In this document: piece by piece, positions 38,501 through 49,858 of the stretch
How the letters are laid out: each line of letters begins with the position of its first letter
How positions within the stretch are numbered: the stretch's first letter is position 1
Assembly (NCBI GenBank): GCA_017654855.1
Contig: CM030332.1
Location: forward strand, 4,464,001 to 4,528,000
Length of the DNA stretch: 64,000 bases
Direction: 5' to 3'
Source: Podospora anserina
Taxonomy: Eukaryota
Position numbers and translations under genes: made by a program
Notes under the pieces: generated by a model
What the model saw: the letters and a program-made list of their open reading frames with translations, nothing else
Databases searched by the model: none
Told to the model about the DNA's origin: nothing

Positions 38501-41500
38501 TCCAAGATATTCAAAATGAGAAAGAACTATAGGAAACTTTAGGTATATAAAATACAATACTTTAGTACTGGCTCGAGCTATTATATTCAAAAAAAGAATT
38601 AAGTTTAGAAGTGGAGAACTTATTAATCCCTAGGTAAGGGTAGTTTGTTTGGTGCCTTTTCAAATGTAACTTATTGGCTAGATTACCCTTCTCTAATAGA
38701 TTAGTGATGTAAATTTAAAAAACCTGTAGAAGCGTACTAAGGAATTTATTCCCGCTGTATTAATAATATATAAAATTTAGGAAAATTCCTAATTGATATC
38801 CAAAGGATAAAAAGCTTATTAAAATAAATGGTGAAAATTATTGTTTAACTGGTTTTTATTGTTTTATATTTCAAATCTTAATTATAACAATAATACGTTA
38901 ATGCTTATATTTTTGCCTTTTTTTAATAATAATATCCAGATATGATTAAGAAAATAAAACTAGTAAACACAGTTAGATATATTCATCTTAATAGTATTTA
39001 GGATTACTTTACAAGAAATTCTAAATTTTTTCAAGAACAATTCGGCTAAAAAGAGGTTTTCTAATAACTATACATTAGATAATAATTAATAAGAACAAGG
39101 TTATGTTTTTTATTATGAGGTTAAAATACGAGAAGTTTATAGAGTGGTTTAATTAGGTATTAAAGGGCTCCGGGTAAAAAGTGGTAGTAGAGAAAAATAT
39201 TAGAATGATATGAGAATAGTCGGTAGAAATATTATTAATTTATTATTAATCGTTGCCGAGGAGACTTAGAAAGTCAATGTAAGTAGTGTTCAAGAGTTTA
39301 TATAGTCCAAAGATTATATCACGTTGACTTGTAAAAGGTTAATTATTCATAATTACTACATGAATATTTGTAATGAAAATTAATGTTCATTTTTGGCTTT
39401 TAAAAGAACTTGCAGGAAGAACTTGAATAGATATTAGTTTTAAGCTAGTAATTAAATAAAAAGATAATTTTCAAACTTTATAAATATTTCCAAATTATTC
39501 AAAAGGTTTGGTACTATTATTATGTTAAAAATTCTCTTTTTAGAAACTTTGTCAACTAGTTTTTTATAGGTAAATTGCTTTCTTATAAAAGTTAGAGTAA
39601 AAAAAATTTAAAGTCAAAGGAATAATCATATATTGAATTTTTCCCTCAAAGCTCTGCCTGTTTATAACACTTCATTCATTAAATCTTTTCTTTTCTTCTT
39701 AACCTTTTAATACTCTAATAATATACTTGTCCTTTTTTATGAATCAAAAGTAAAATATTTACATTTAATTTAGTTATTTTACCTATTTAAAATATTGAAA
39801 ATATATAATTATATCAGCAAACCTTTTAATAACTTTAAAATTGTCATAGACGAAGTTAAATTACATTTTTAATTTAATATTACTTTAAATATAAAATATA
39901 GTAATATTATTACTTCTAATCTTATTAAAAATTAAATCATTTCTAGTAGTTGGGGTTTGGAAAGCTAGAATTTTGGGTAGAATGGTTTTTAGATTATATA
40001 GATTATTTTGTTTTTAAAATAGTGAAATATTTGAAATGTTAGAATTTACCTTCATAATGAGGGTATACCGTTCATGATGTTGAGTAGACGAATGTTATAT
40101 TAATTAGTTTTCGATATAATAAAAAAGTATATTTTCCTCGTAGTGTTCTTTGAAGGGTTTTATTATTATAATTCGGGATTATTTTTGTTTTCTATTATTA
40201 GTATTTATTTCATCATTTGAATAGTCGATAAGGCTACTGTTTTTCTTTTTTAAAATAAGCTTCACATTTGTTTTTGTAAAGAAAAACCCTATTTAGTATT
40301 ATTGAATGAGTTGAAATTTTAAGTAAATAAATACTATAATTAAAACCAAGATTTTATTTTTACTTACAATGAAAGTAAAGTATATAATATCAAGATAATA
40401 TATAACCAATGAGAAAGGATACAATTCCTTGATTGTTAAAAATATTGAAATCTTTAAACAGTTAATATATGGGTACTTTATAAACCTAATCTTCTTGACT
40501 TTAACTCATTTTTCTCATACTAAAAATAAACTATTAATACTTTTGTTTAATTGAAGTTTTAATCTGTTTACTATTAGGGCAATAAAAAATAAGCGGTTAC
40601 TTTTTACTTCCGACAGAGAATATATTTTAACTTTATGCATGATAATACAATAATTTAGCCCTATAAGTGTATTAACTAATAACCATTTAAAATATAAAGA
40701 ATTTTAGTTATTAAATTATTAGTGATACCGGAATATTTTAGATTAATTAGATAGTGGATATTCTACTTTATTTATATAGTATACAGCATATAATACGGGA
40801 GCTAAAAAAGGAAAAGTAATCCATTTATAGATTTTAGTATTACTTACCATGTAATAAACCCGCGATCAAGCAATTCTTAATGAAGGAAGTAATTAACATT
40901 TAATGGAAGAAAATAGTCGGAGAAATATGTAAAAAGTTGAATCATATTATTGTAAATACGGAACTGTAGTGTTATATAGTATTACCATTTCATATATTAT
41001 ACAATGTTAATGTTAGGTAATAATGTTAGGTATTAATGTTAGGTATTAATGTTAGGTATTAATGTTAGGTATTAATGTTAGGTAGTAATGTTAGGTATTA
41101 ATGTTAGGTATTAATGTTAGATATTAATGCTATGCATCGATTATTTTTGGACATTTTATAGTATATACACCAATAATTATGTTTATATCTTTTATAGTGC
41201 TCTTTTATACTACAAATCATAAATAACCTACATAATTTTACAATTGCATCAATTTAGTTTTTAAAAGGCCGGATGCTAATACAATTCAAAATAATGATTT
41301 CAGTATCTTTCAATTTCAAGTTCAAAATTAAATACAGAAAGAAATGTAAAACAGTTCTTAAATTCTTAAAATTATGAAAAGGTTTATTCGTATCATTACA
41401 TAATTTAAAAACTTTGAATAAATAGCATATTAAAATCAAGTATTAGTTATGTATTTCCAATACAAAAAAAACAAATTATATAACGATACAAAGGTAGTAG

Positions 41501-42122
41501 GAGAAAATATACTTGGTTAATTAATCAACGCAGTACAAATATTTTTCAAAGAATCTGTATATGAATATTTTATAAGCCTAATCTTTTTACTTTAAACTTT
41601 ATAAACAGCTTGTGATTTGTAAGGACCTAATTAATTAGATCTTTATATGCGAAGATGAAATGGTCAAAGAAGTATTTAGTACAATAATACTAGAGAAAGC
41701 TTTTATGATAAAATAGCAATAATTTAAAGATAAAAAGAGAAAGAAAAAGAAAGAATGAAAAGAAAAAAGCATTATGCGAAACTCAAGGTATATAAAATTA
41801 GTATTTTAGGCGTGGCTTTGTTTTTTCTACTTGAAAAAAAACTAAGTTTAAGCACAGGAGGTTTATGAAGCCCCGAGTAAGCGTGCCATTTTTGGTAGCT
41901 TTAAGCTGGTTCTAAATAATTCATTTTGATTTTATTAGGCATTAGGAAAAGTATAATAAGTTACCTAGTTGATATTGTAAAAAATAACAAAAACATTAGA
42001 AGAAAATTTGACAAAGAAATGAAAATTAATATTATAGTTAATAATTTAATTAAAAACGCTAAGTATTAGTTTTATAGTATCAACGTTTATAATTCTTTTT
42101 GCATGATTAATTATAAAATAAT
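32511..42122. pseudogene. Decayed non-repetitive DNA with probable spliced-gene relics; products not identifiable
   Basis: Short intron-like segments at 38634-38681 (+, GTAAGG...TAG) and 40802-40847 (-, GTAAGT...TTTTTTAG). No long ORF. Confidence 0.35.
41009..41131. repeat. Minisatellite, 13-bp unit aatgttaggtatt, about 9 copies
   Basis: Read directly; three units carry single substitutions. Confidence 0.95.
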
Positions 42123-43467
42123 TGTCACGGTTTTGGAAGACAGTGGAGACGTAAGGAATCAATCAGAGCTGGACCGAGCAATAGAGCGGGACTCGCGGTC
42201 CATGTGGACGGACCGGACCAATAAAATTGGTACCGGGGACCGCGGCGGGGCTCACGGTCCACGGTCTAGTATCGGCTAATACAGAAAGAACCGAGGACCG
42301 TCTGGGAGTCAACGGTCCACGGTCCCTAGGTATATATATACGGAAGAACTAACTAGTATAAATAAATAGTTCCGTAGTATATAATTATAAATTATAATCG
42401 TTAATATTGAAACTATTATAATTAAAATAAACTATTTATTATATATTATTTGACTATACCGAATTAGAATTACTTAAAAGTACCTTTAACTAATATCCCT
42501 TTTACAGGTTCTAGATAAGGGTTGGTTATATATTATATATTTATTTTAATTTTATTATAAATAAGTTAAGAGCGTCTTTTTACTATTATAGCCTGACCTA
42601 ATAGAATTTAAATAGGAAGCGTTTTACTTAGCTTAAATAACCAAGGAGCTTTTACAATAATTATTGAACTTAAATTACTTCGCTTCTATAACTTATCGTA
42701 TATTATAACGAACCCCTGTACAGAACCTCTGAAAAGGATACTAGTTAAAGGTTACTTCTGACAATTAGTTCGGTACGGCTAAATAACGTATAACAAGATG
42801 TCTCAATGTAAACACAAGATACCGTGAATACAAGCTGTAATTACATACTGCGGAACTATCTATCTACACTAGCCAGTTCCTCCGTATATATAGACCTGTT
42901 TATTACTATTATTACGAGTGATAATGTCGATTATCACTCGTCGTTCACCGAAGGCTAGTAATAATCGTAATTATTACCCTTAGCGCTAGTAATAATTTAA
43001 CTTCCTTACTTTTTTATTTTAGTAGTTAGACGGATCGCGCCCCGCGCTCCCTACTTATATCAGGTCCGTGACATAATGCCCCTCCTCCAGGTTAACGTCC
43101 CGTTAGCCTAGTTTTGTCGACTGCATACGCTCTTCTCGTCTCCCTTCTCTTCTTCGTAGGTCTTCCTTCTTATCCTTTAATGGCCTAGCTGACGCTATGT
43201 TTATAGTAAAACCTCTATCGTCGTCTGCATAGTACCGTACTAAACTCGCTCAGAATATTACTAAAAACGGCTTCCTCAGCTCCTTCCGACTTTTCTTTCC
43301 TGGATCCTTCCTTAGGCTTCAACTAGCCTTCTGACCTTCCTTTGGATCTTAGTACGGCCGGTCCTTCTTTCCTAACTCCGCAAGGTACCGCCAATAGCGC
43401 GCTTTCTACTTCCTAGGGTGGTTGAGACGTATAGCACTACTTGCATCTGGGTTTCCTTATACCTTTT

Positions 43468-43537
43468 AACTTCGTAGTATAGTGTGTAGTACGCCGGCTA
43501 CTATATCGAAAGTATAGGTTCGATTCCCATCGAGTTT
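43468..43537 (+). other. tRNA-like cassette (copy 1 in this element)
   Basis: aacttcgtagtatagtgtgtagtacgccggctactatatcgaaagtataggttcgattcccatcgagttt. Confidence 0.62.
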
Positions 43538-43673
43538 CTTTTAAATTTAGAAAAGCCCGACAGGTTTTTCTAAGTTTAGATATTATTTTGCTCGCTAGTA
43601 ATACTTTTTCGACCTTTCTTACGATAGTAGAGGCGTATAGTGTTAGTTGGGCCTAGATTCCCTCATATCTATT

Positions 43674-43743
43674 AATTTCGTAGTGTAGTGCGTAATATAT
43701 CGATTACTATATTAAAAGCGTAGGTTCGATTCCTGTTAAGGTT
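43674..43743 (+). other. tRNA-like cassette (copy 2 in this element)
   Basis: aatttcgtagtgtagtgcgtaatatatcgattactatattaaaagcgtaggttcgattcctgttaaggtt. Confidence 0.6.
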
Positions 43744-46700
43744 CTTCGGTATTTAAGTTTATAAGTACTACCTGTAATCCTAAGTACTAATCTTTTATTT
43801 ATTTAGGTTTTGGTCGGTTTAGGTATTACCGGTAGAATACTTTTTATTTATTTAGGTAATTAAGATTTACCTTTAGCTCCTATAAATTATGTATAGCCGG
43901 ATATTTTAATTAATTAATTAAATACTTTAATTAACTTTTATTAAACTATAAATTTAATATTTTTTTTATATTATACTTTTCTTTTTCGTTCTCCGCCACT
44001 ACCTATATACTAGCCTTACTTACTAGTAATACGGGTTTTAAAAATAATATATAAAAGTGTATGACTTTAAATGTATTGTATTAAGTAGCTTTAATTCGAA
44101 TACTATCTCCGAGATTTTCCTTTTAACCTTAAATAGGCCCATTCTCCTGTAGTCTAGCTTTTTACTAAGTTTTTTAGTACGTGAATTACGTATAAAAAGG
44201 AATGCTATATTTCCTCCCTTAAAACGAGGTCTTTTAAGCCTTTTAGTATTACAGTATTTTTATATTCTTTCGTTTATAAACTTTAGTTCTTAGTTAAGTT
44301 TACTGTAAAGTATATATAGCTTATTTACTTTAACCCTAACCTTCGGTACTTTAACGCTAGGTCCCTATTATAGGTCTACTTTATATCTAAAGTTTACGAA
44401 GAACGGTATAGCTTTAATTATTTTTATTAGTAATATATTATATATTAATTATACTATAAGTAATAGTTTAATTTAATTGTCTTGCTCGAAATTAATATAA
44501 TTCCGTAAGTATTATTCTACGATTTAATTAAACCGTTCCGTTTGACCGTTTATTTAAGGGTAGTAAGCCGAAAATACTTTATTTACTACCCTGAGCTTCG
44601 TTATTAATACTCTTTAAAACTTTAATATAAATTTAATATTACGGTCCGTAATAAGTTTTTTCGGTAATATATATATTAATATGATATACCGTAATATTAT
44701 ATTTATTAAATACTTTACCGATTAGGTCTTTTTATAAGGTAAGAAATATATTTATTTAGTAAGCCTATCGACTACCGTTAATATACTATCGTATTTAACG
44801 CCGGTTATTTTATTTCTTAACTTTAGTAATTTAGTATTAAAGTTTATTATAATTAAATTCTATAGTCGTTTTACTATTAGTAATAGCTTTAGAAATCCGT
44901 AAAGCTTATACCTCGTAATCCTTATTCTTTTATACGTATAGTATAACTAAATAACTTCCTTAAAGTTATCCTTAATTCTAGGCTAGTTAAAAGTGCTACT
45001 TAATCTTTTCTATAGTCTTCGCAATACCTATATATCCTCCGAATTTCGATCCGTAAATTTTTATTATTAATATTATCCTATTACTTAGTTTTACGTACGC
45101 TCGATTTTTATACTATAGTTTTCCTTAACTATCTTTTTAAATACCTTATAGCTCCAATTTTTCTTATTAATATTATTCCGTAATATCGTTACTTAACCTT
45201 CCTTAATACTTATTTAAAGTAACTTCTTTACGATATACTATATAATATTTTATTTACGGTTAAAGTAAATACTTAAAAATACCTTCTACCGTTTTTTTAA
45301 ATGATAATAATAATATTTTAGGTATATCTTTATAGTAATCGGCTCGCCGGCTAAATATATTTATTTTAGTATTCTCCGATCGCTTTTTATAATTAATTTA
45401 AAAATTAAATTCCGAAAGAAACTTTAACTATTATATTTACCGTATATTAAGGACTTTCGTAATAGTAAAATATTATAGGTTTTTATAATCCGTGTAGACC
45501 TGTACTTTATAATTAATATTATGAAAGTATAGCCTTTACTCTTCGAACACTTCGATAATAGTAAGTAGCTCTTTATTATAGATTAAGTAGTTTTAACGTA
45601 CCCCTTTTAACTTTTTCGAAAAGAAGGCTACTGGATATAGCTTTCCGTTATTATTTTGCTATCCTAATTATTTACCGATCGTATAGTTTAATATATTTAC
45701 TTCGATTTCGAATAGTCGACTAAGGTCTAGTAATTTAAGTACCGGATCCTTTAAAATAGTTTCTTTTAGTTTCTAGAAGGCCTACTCCTCTTCCTACCCC
45801 CACCGGAATTCCGCATTTTTTTTAATTAAGTAGTTAAATAATCGCGCGATTCTTACGTACTTACGAATAAATATCCGATAGAAATTCGTAAACCTTATGA
45901 ATTTCCTAATATATATTAATAATTATAGCGTAAGCTAGTCCTTAACTACCGTAATTTTTTTAAGTTCTATACAAACCTTACTTAGCAATAGTAAATATCC
46001 TAAATATATTATTTTTTATATATAAAACTCGCTTTTCTCTTTATTAATTAAAAGTCCGGTTCAGTATAACGCGTCGAATATCTTTTATATATATCGCTTA
46101 TATTCCTCTAAAGTACGTAAATAAATAAGAATATTATCGAGATAGTATATTATTATTTTATCGAAGTACTTCCGGATCGTATAGTTAACGAATAATTAAA
46201 ACGTTACGGGTATATTAAGTAGCCTAAATAGTATTACGAAATACTTAAAGTAGCTATAGGGTATACGAAACGCTATCTTTTATTTATTCCTTTCTTTAAT
46301 CCGTATATAGGTGTACCCGATAGGTATATTTAAAATAATTTTAATTATATTCGATATTATAAATATAGGACCCTCGAAAGATATAATTCTAAAGTAACTA
46401 TAGTATAAAGATTATAACTTAGATATCGATTAGAGGGACGGTAGCTACCTATAACTAAGAGAGCCTTAAAAGTATCTAGCTAACGATAGGAGATTAAGCG
46501 TATGTATAGAGCAAAGTGTGGGACAAGCACCCTCTACGGTACTACCGTAAGGAGCCTAAAAAGTAATAGTATACTTTATCGATATAGGCGGTAAGATTAA
46601 AGAAGTAGGGTTAATAATATTGGTGGAGATATCGGAGGTTAATAAATATATTTATTATAATAATATAAAAAAAGACGAGAAAAAGGTAGTACCGATAGAA

Positions 46701-49472
46701 TATCGAAGATACTTAGCTTTTACGGTTAAATATTTAGAAGTACTTTTAGAGCGAGGACCGTAGGACTATAAAATTAAGTTAAAAGAAAAAGCTAAGTTAT
46801 AATTATTTAAAGTTTATTATATTAACGATAAATAAAGTAAAAAGCTATAGAAGTATTTAAACGAAAACCTAAAGAAAGGATATATTAGGGAGTCTATATT
46901 ACTAATAGGATACTTTATATTCTTCGCACCGAAAAAGAATAGTAATTTATAACTATATATAGATTATTATTAATTAAGTAACGAGACGGTAAAAAACAGT
47001 TACCCGTTACTATTAATATTTAAGTTACGAAGTTAATTAGTTAGGGCGCGATAATTTATACACTTTTTTTCGACTATAATATCCAAAAGTAATATTTCTC
47101 TATAGACCTTTTCTATTAAAAATAGTCTTTATATAATAATCTAATTTTTTTTCCTATAGTATCCTAACTTAGTATATAAACTATAACGAAATTAAATTCG
47201 TCTTTATATTTCTATTTACTAATACTATTATTTAAATATTCTTTTAGTATATTATAATTTAGAAATATTTATTTTTCTTGCCTCTTCCTTATATAATAGT
47301 AACCTCGTTAATAAGTACCGGATCGTTATCCTATACTTTCGTTTTATACCGATATTTCCGAAAATACCGTTTGTAATTTATTAAAGGTTACCGGCTCCCG
47401 CAAAGGGCTATAAATCGTTTCCTAAATGGTTATATCGTTTAGAGGCGTTTTCTTATTCGGGGTTATTTAGTAATATAAAGTTTTTTAATTATATCCGCTT
47501 AATTTCCTCCTATTTTTTATCTCTTACGTATTTAATATTCTTTTATATATATATTTAATAGCAGTTCTTCTCCTTAATTATTTATCTTATTACTTTACTT
47601 TACTAGTATCCGATAGTTACGACCTCTATAACTCTTAGTCTCTTCGATATAGTAGTTACTACGATCTCCTTTTTCCATCCGAATCGCTTAGGTACCTTAT
47701 AATCCTTTTTAAAGTATCTTACCTTACTATAATTAAAATACTTAAAGTTATTTTTGCCTTAACCTTATAGTTTTTATTACTAAATAGTATTAACCTCTAT
47801 GGGTCCTACGTAAGTAGTCCCCGAAACGTAAGTCCCGTACGGCCGTCTCTTCCTCTTATCGTTAAGGTAGTAGGGTCCTTATACGCGTATGCCCTTACGC
47901 TCCTTGCGGCGTTAGTATTATCGATCGTTAATATAGATTACTATTACGATATACTCGTCGATAGTCTCCGGTCGCTCTATTCGATATAGCTTATCCTTAA
48001 TTTTTTCTTTAAGCCCGTTATAGAATAACTATATTAACCCTTCGTCGTTAATTATACTACGGAATATATTTATCCTAAATACTATAGTATAGTTAATAGT
48101 AAATCGAGTTTACTTAAAGTTAGTTAGTCGCTCTTAGGTACGCCTACCCTCGTTATATTCTCTAAACACCTTTTTAATTTTTTTTAAAAACCTTTATACG
48201 ACTTAAAATACTTTTTAATAATATCCTCCCTCTCGTTATACGTATTATCGAAGTAGTCTCCTTAAGATCGGCTCGAATTATATAAGTATTATATTTTTAA
48301 GCTTAGATATAATATATATAATTTTAGATTCCTCGTCCGGGAAACGAGAAGGGTAATACCGAAAGTAAGCCTTAAGTTAGATTAGGAATCCTCTTAGCTC
48401 TCCTTTTATACCTCTATAGCGATCGGGTGCCTCGAGCTTAGTACGCTCTTCTTCCCTACGTAAGATACCGATCTCCTGGTAGAGTATAGCGTTCTTTTAC
48501 GTAAGGGTATTATAGGAAAGGCGTAATTTATCCTTAAGCTTTTAGATACGAGCGAGAAGCTGGTCGATAGTAGGTTAAGTAGATACTTTTACTTAAGTAT
48601 TAATATTTCCGGCTATAGCGTTAATTTAATACCTTTAATTTATTTATAATAGAGTTAAAGTAAGTATATAACGTATAACGAACCTCTATATAGAACCTCT
48701 AAAAGGGATACTGGTTAAAGGTTACTTCTAATAATTAGTTCGGTACAGCTAAATAGCGTATAATATATTATTTTAATATAAATATAAAATACTATAAATA
48801 TAAATTGTGATTATATACTGCGGAACTATCTATCTACACTAGCTTGTTCCTCCGTATATATAGACCTATTTATTACTATTATTACGAATAATAATGTCGA
48901 TTATCACTCGTCGTTCACCGAAGGCTAGTAATAATCGTGATTATTACCCTTGGCGCTAGTGATAATCTGACTGCCCCACTTTTCCGTTCCAGTGGTTGGA
49001 CGGGTCGCGCCCCGCGCTCCCCATTTATGTCAGGTCCGTGACATATATTAAGAAGCTCGAGGGTAAGGTTTAATAGATTAAAGACTAAGTTATCCTTATT
49101 GTGATTGAACTTAAATTAATACTTAAATATCTAATACCGGAATATTACAAAGAAAAAGAAAATAAAACTCAAAGGGGTTTTTATCTAACTTAAAACCTAT
49201 TTTCGTTACTATTTAAATTAATTTACTACTAAAAAGTCAAAAGTAATTTTCGTAATTACCAAACTTAAACATAAAGCTTTCGCGTAGTTTGAACCTATCA
49301 TTAATAACTATTACTAAAAAAAAGACGACCAAGAAGAAATTACGGTTTAATACTTTAAAAACTATTGCGTTTTCGAAATTAAGCTTAAGGAAGTATTTAG
49401 GGAGTACGATAAAGTAAAGCGCATGTAAAAAAGACTTGTAAATCTACGTTAACGTATTTATTAGCGGATTAC

Positions 49473-49858
49473 TGTCACAGACCAACCATATAGCAAGACC
49501 GAGTGAAAACTGCAGCAAGCCGTGGTAGCCAATCAAGGGAAATGTAACGGCGGGGCTGCAGGGTGATGAGGCGCTCACCTCTTGGCAAGGGTGAGCCGGA
49601 TCACTACCGCTCACCAGTGAGCCGCGTTGAGCCAGGTACGGAGGTACCTGAGGATCAAGGTCTATATATACGGAGGAACTGGCTGGCGTAAATAGACAGT
49701 TCCGCAGTATGCAATACAAGTCACACTCGTTGGTATCTAGACTATTGTGATCGAGACAAGCTATTGTTGTACACTGTTTAGCTGTACCGAACCAGGATTG
49801 TTGAGAAGTGCCTTTAACCAGTATCCCTTTCAGAGGTTCTGGATAGGGGTTCATCACA
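49473..49858 (+). mobile_element. Solo LTR (type E), unmutated, with non-matching flanks
   Basis: tgtcacagacc...ggggttcatcaca; flanks attac / aggga. Confidence 0.92.

Larger units (their letters stand above)
42704..49043 (-). mobile_element. Gypsy chromovirus element (LTR type A) with both LTRs, an internal inversion and an internal deletion
   Basis: 370-bp LTRs at 42704-43073 and 48674-49043. TSD TATAT. PPT complement gcccctcctccagg. gag knuckle relic (RIP form of CFNCGKVGHFKKDC) at about 47700-47745. RT YL(D)NIL at about 46125-46145. Confidence 0.95.

Noticed and set aside
41009-41131. CRISPR array or telomere tract
   Set aside because: There are no spacers, and the unit is 13 bp rather than TTAGGG.
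38103-41439. 64-aa and 61-aa ORFs in unique DNA
   Set aside because: They are short, AT-biased and lack motifs, so they cannot be supported as genes.
43468-43537. Functional tRNA gene with a T-run terminator
   Set aside because: The anticodon loop is 6 nt and RIP has broken the stems. The downstream T-runs are probably RIP products, since one copy reads gttcttcgg. Reported as tRNA-like only.
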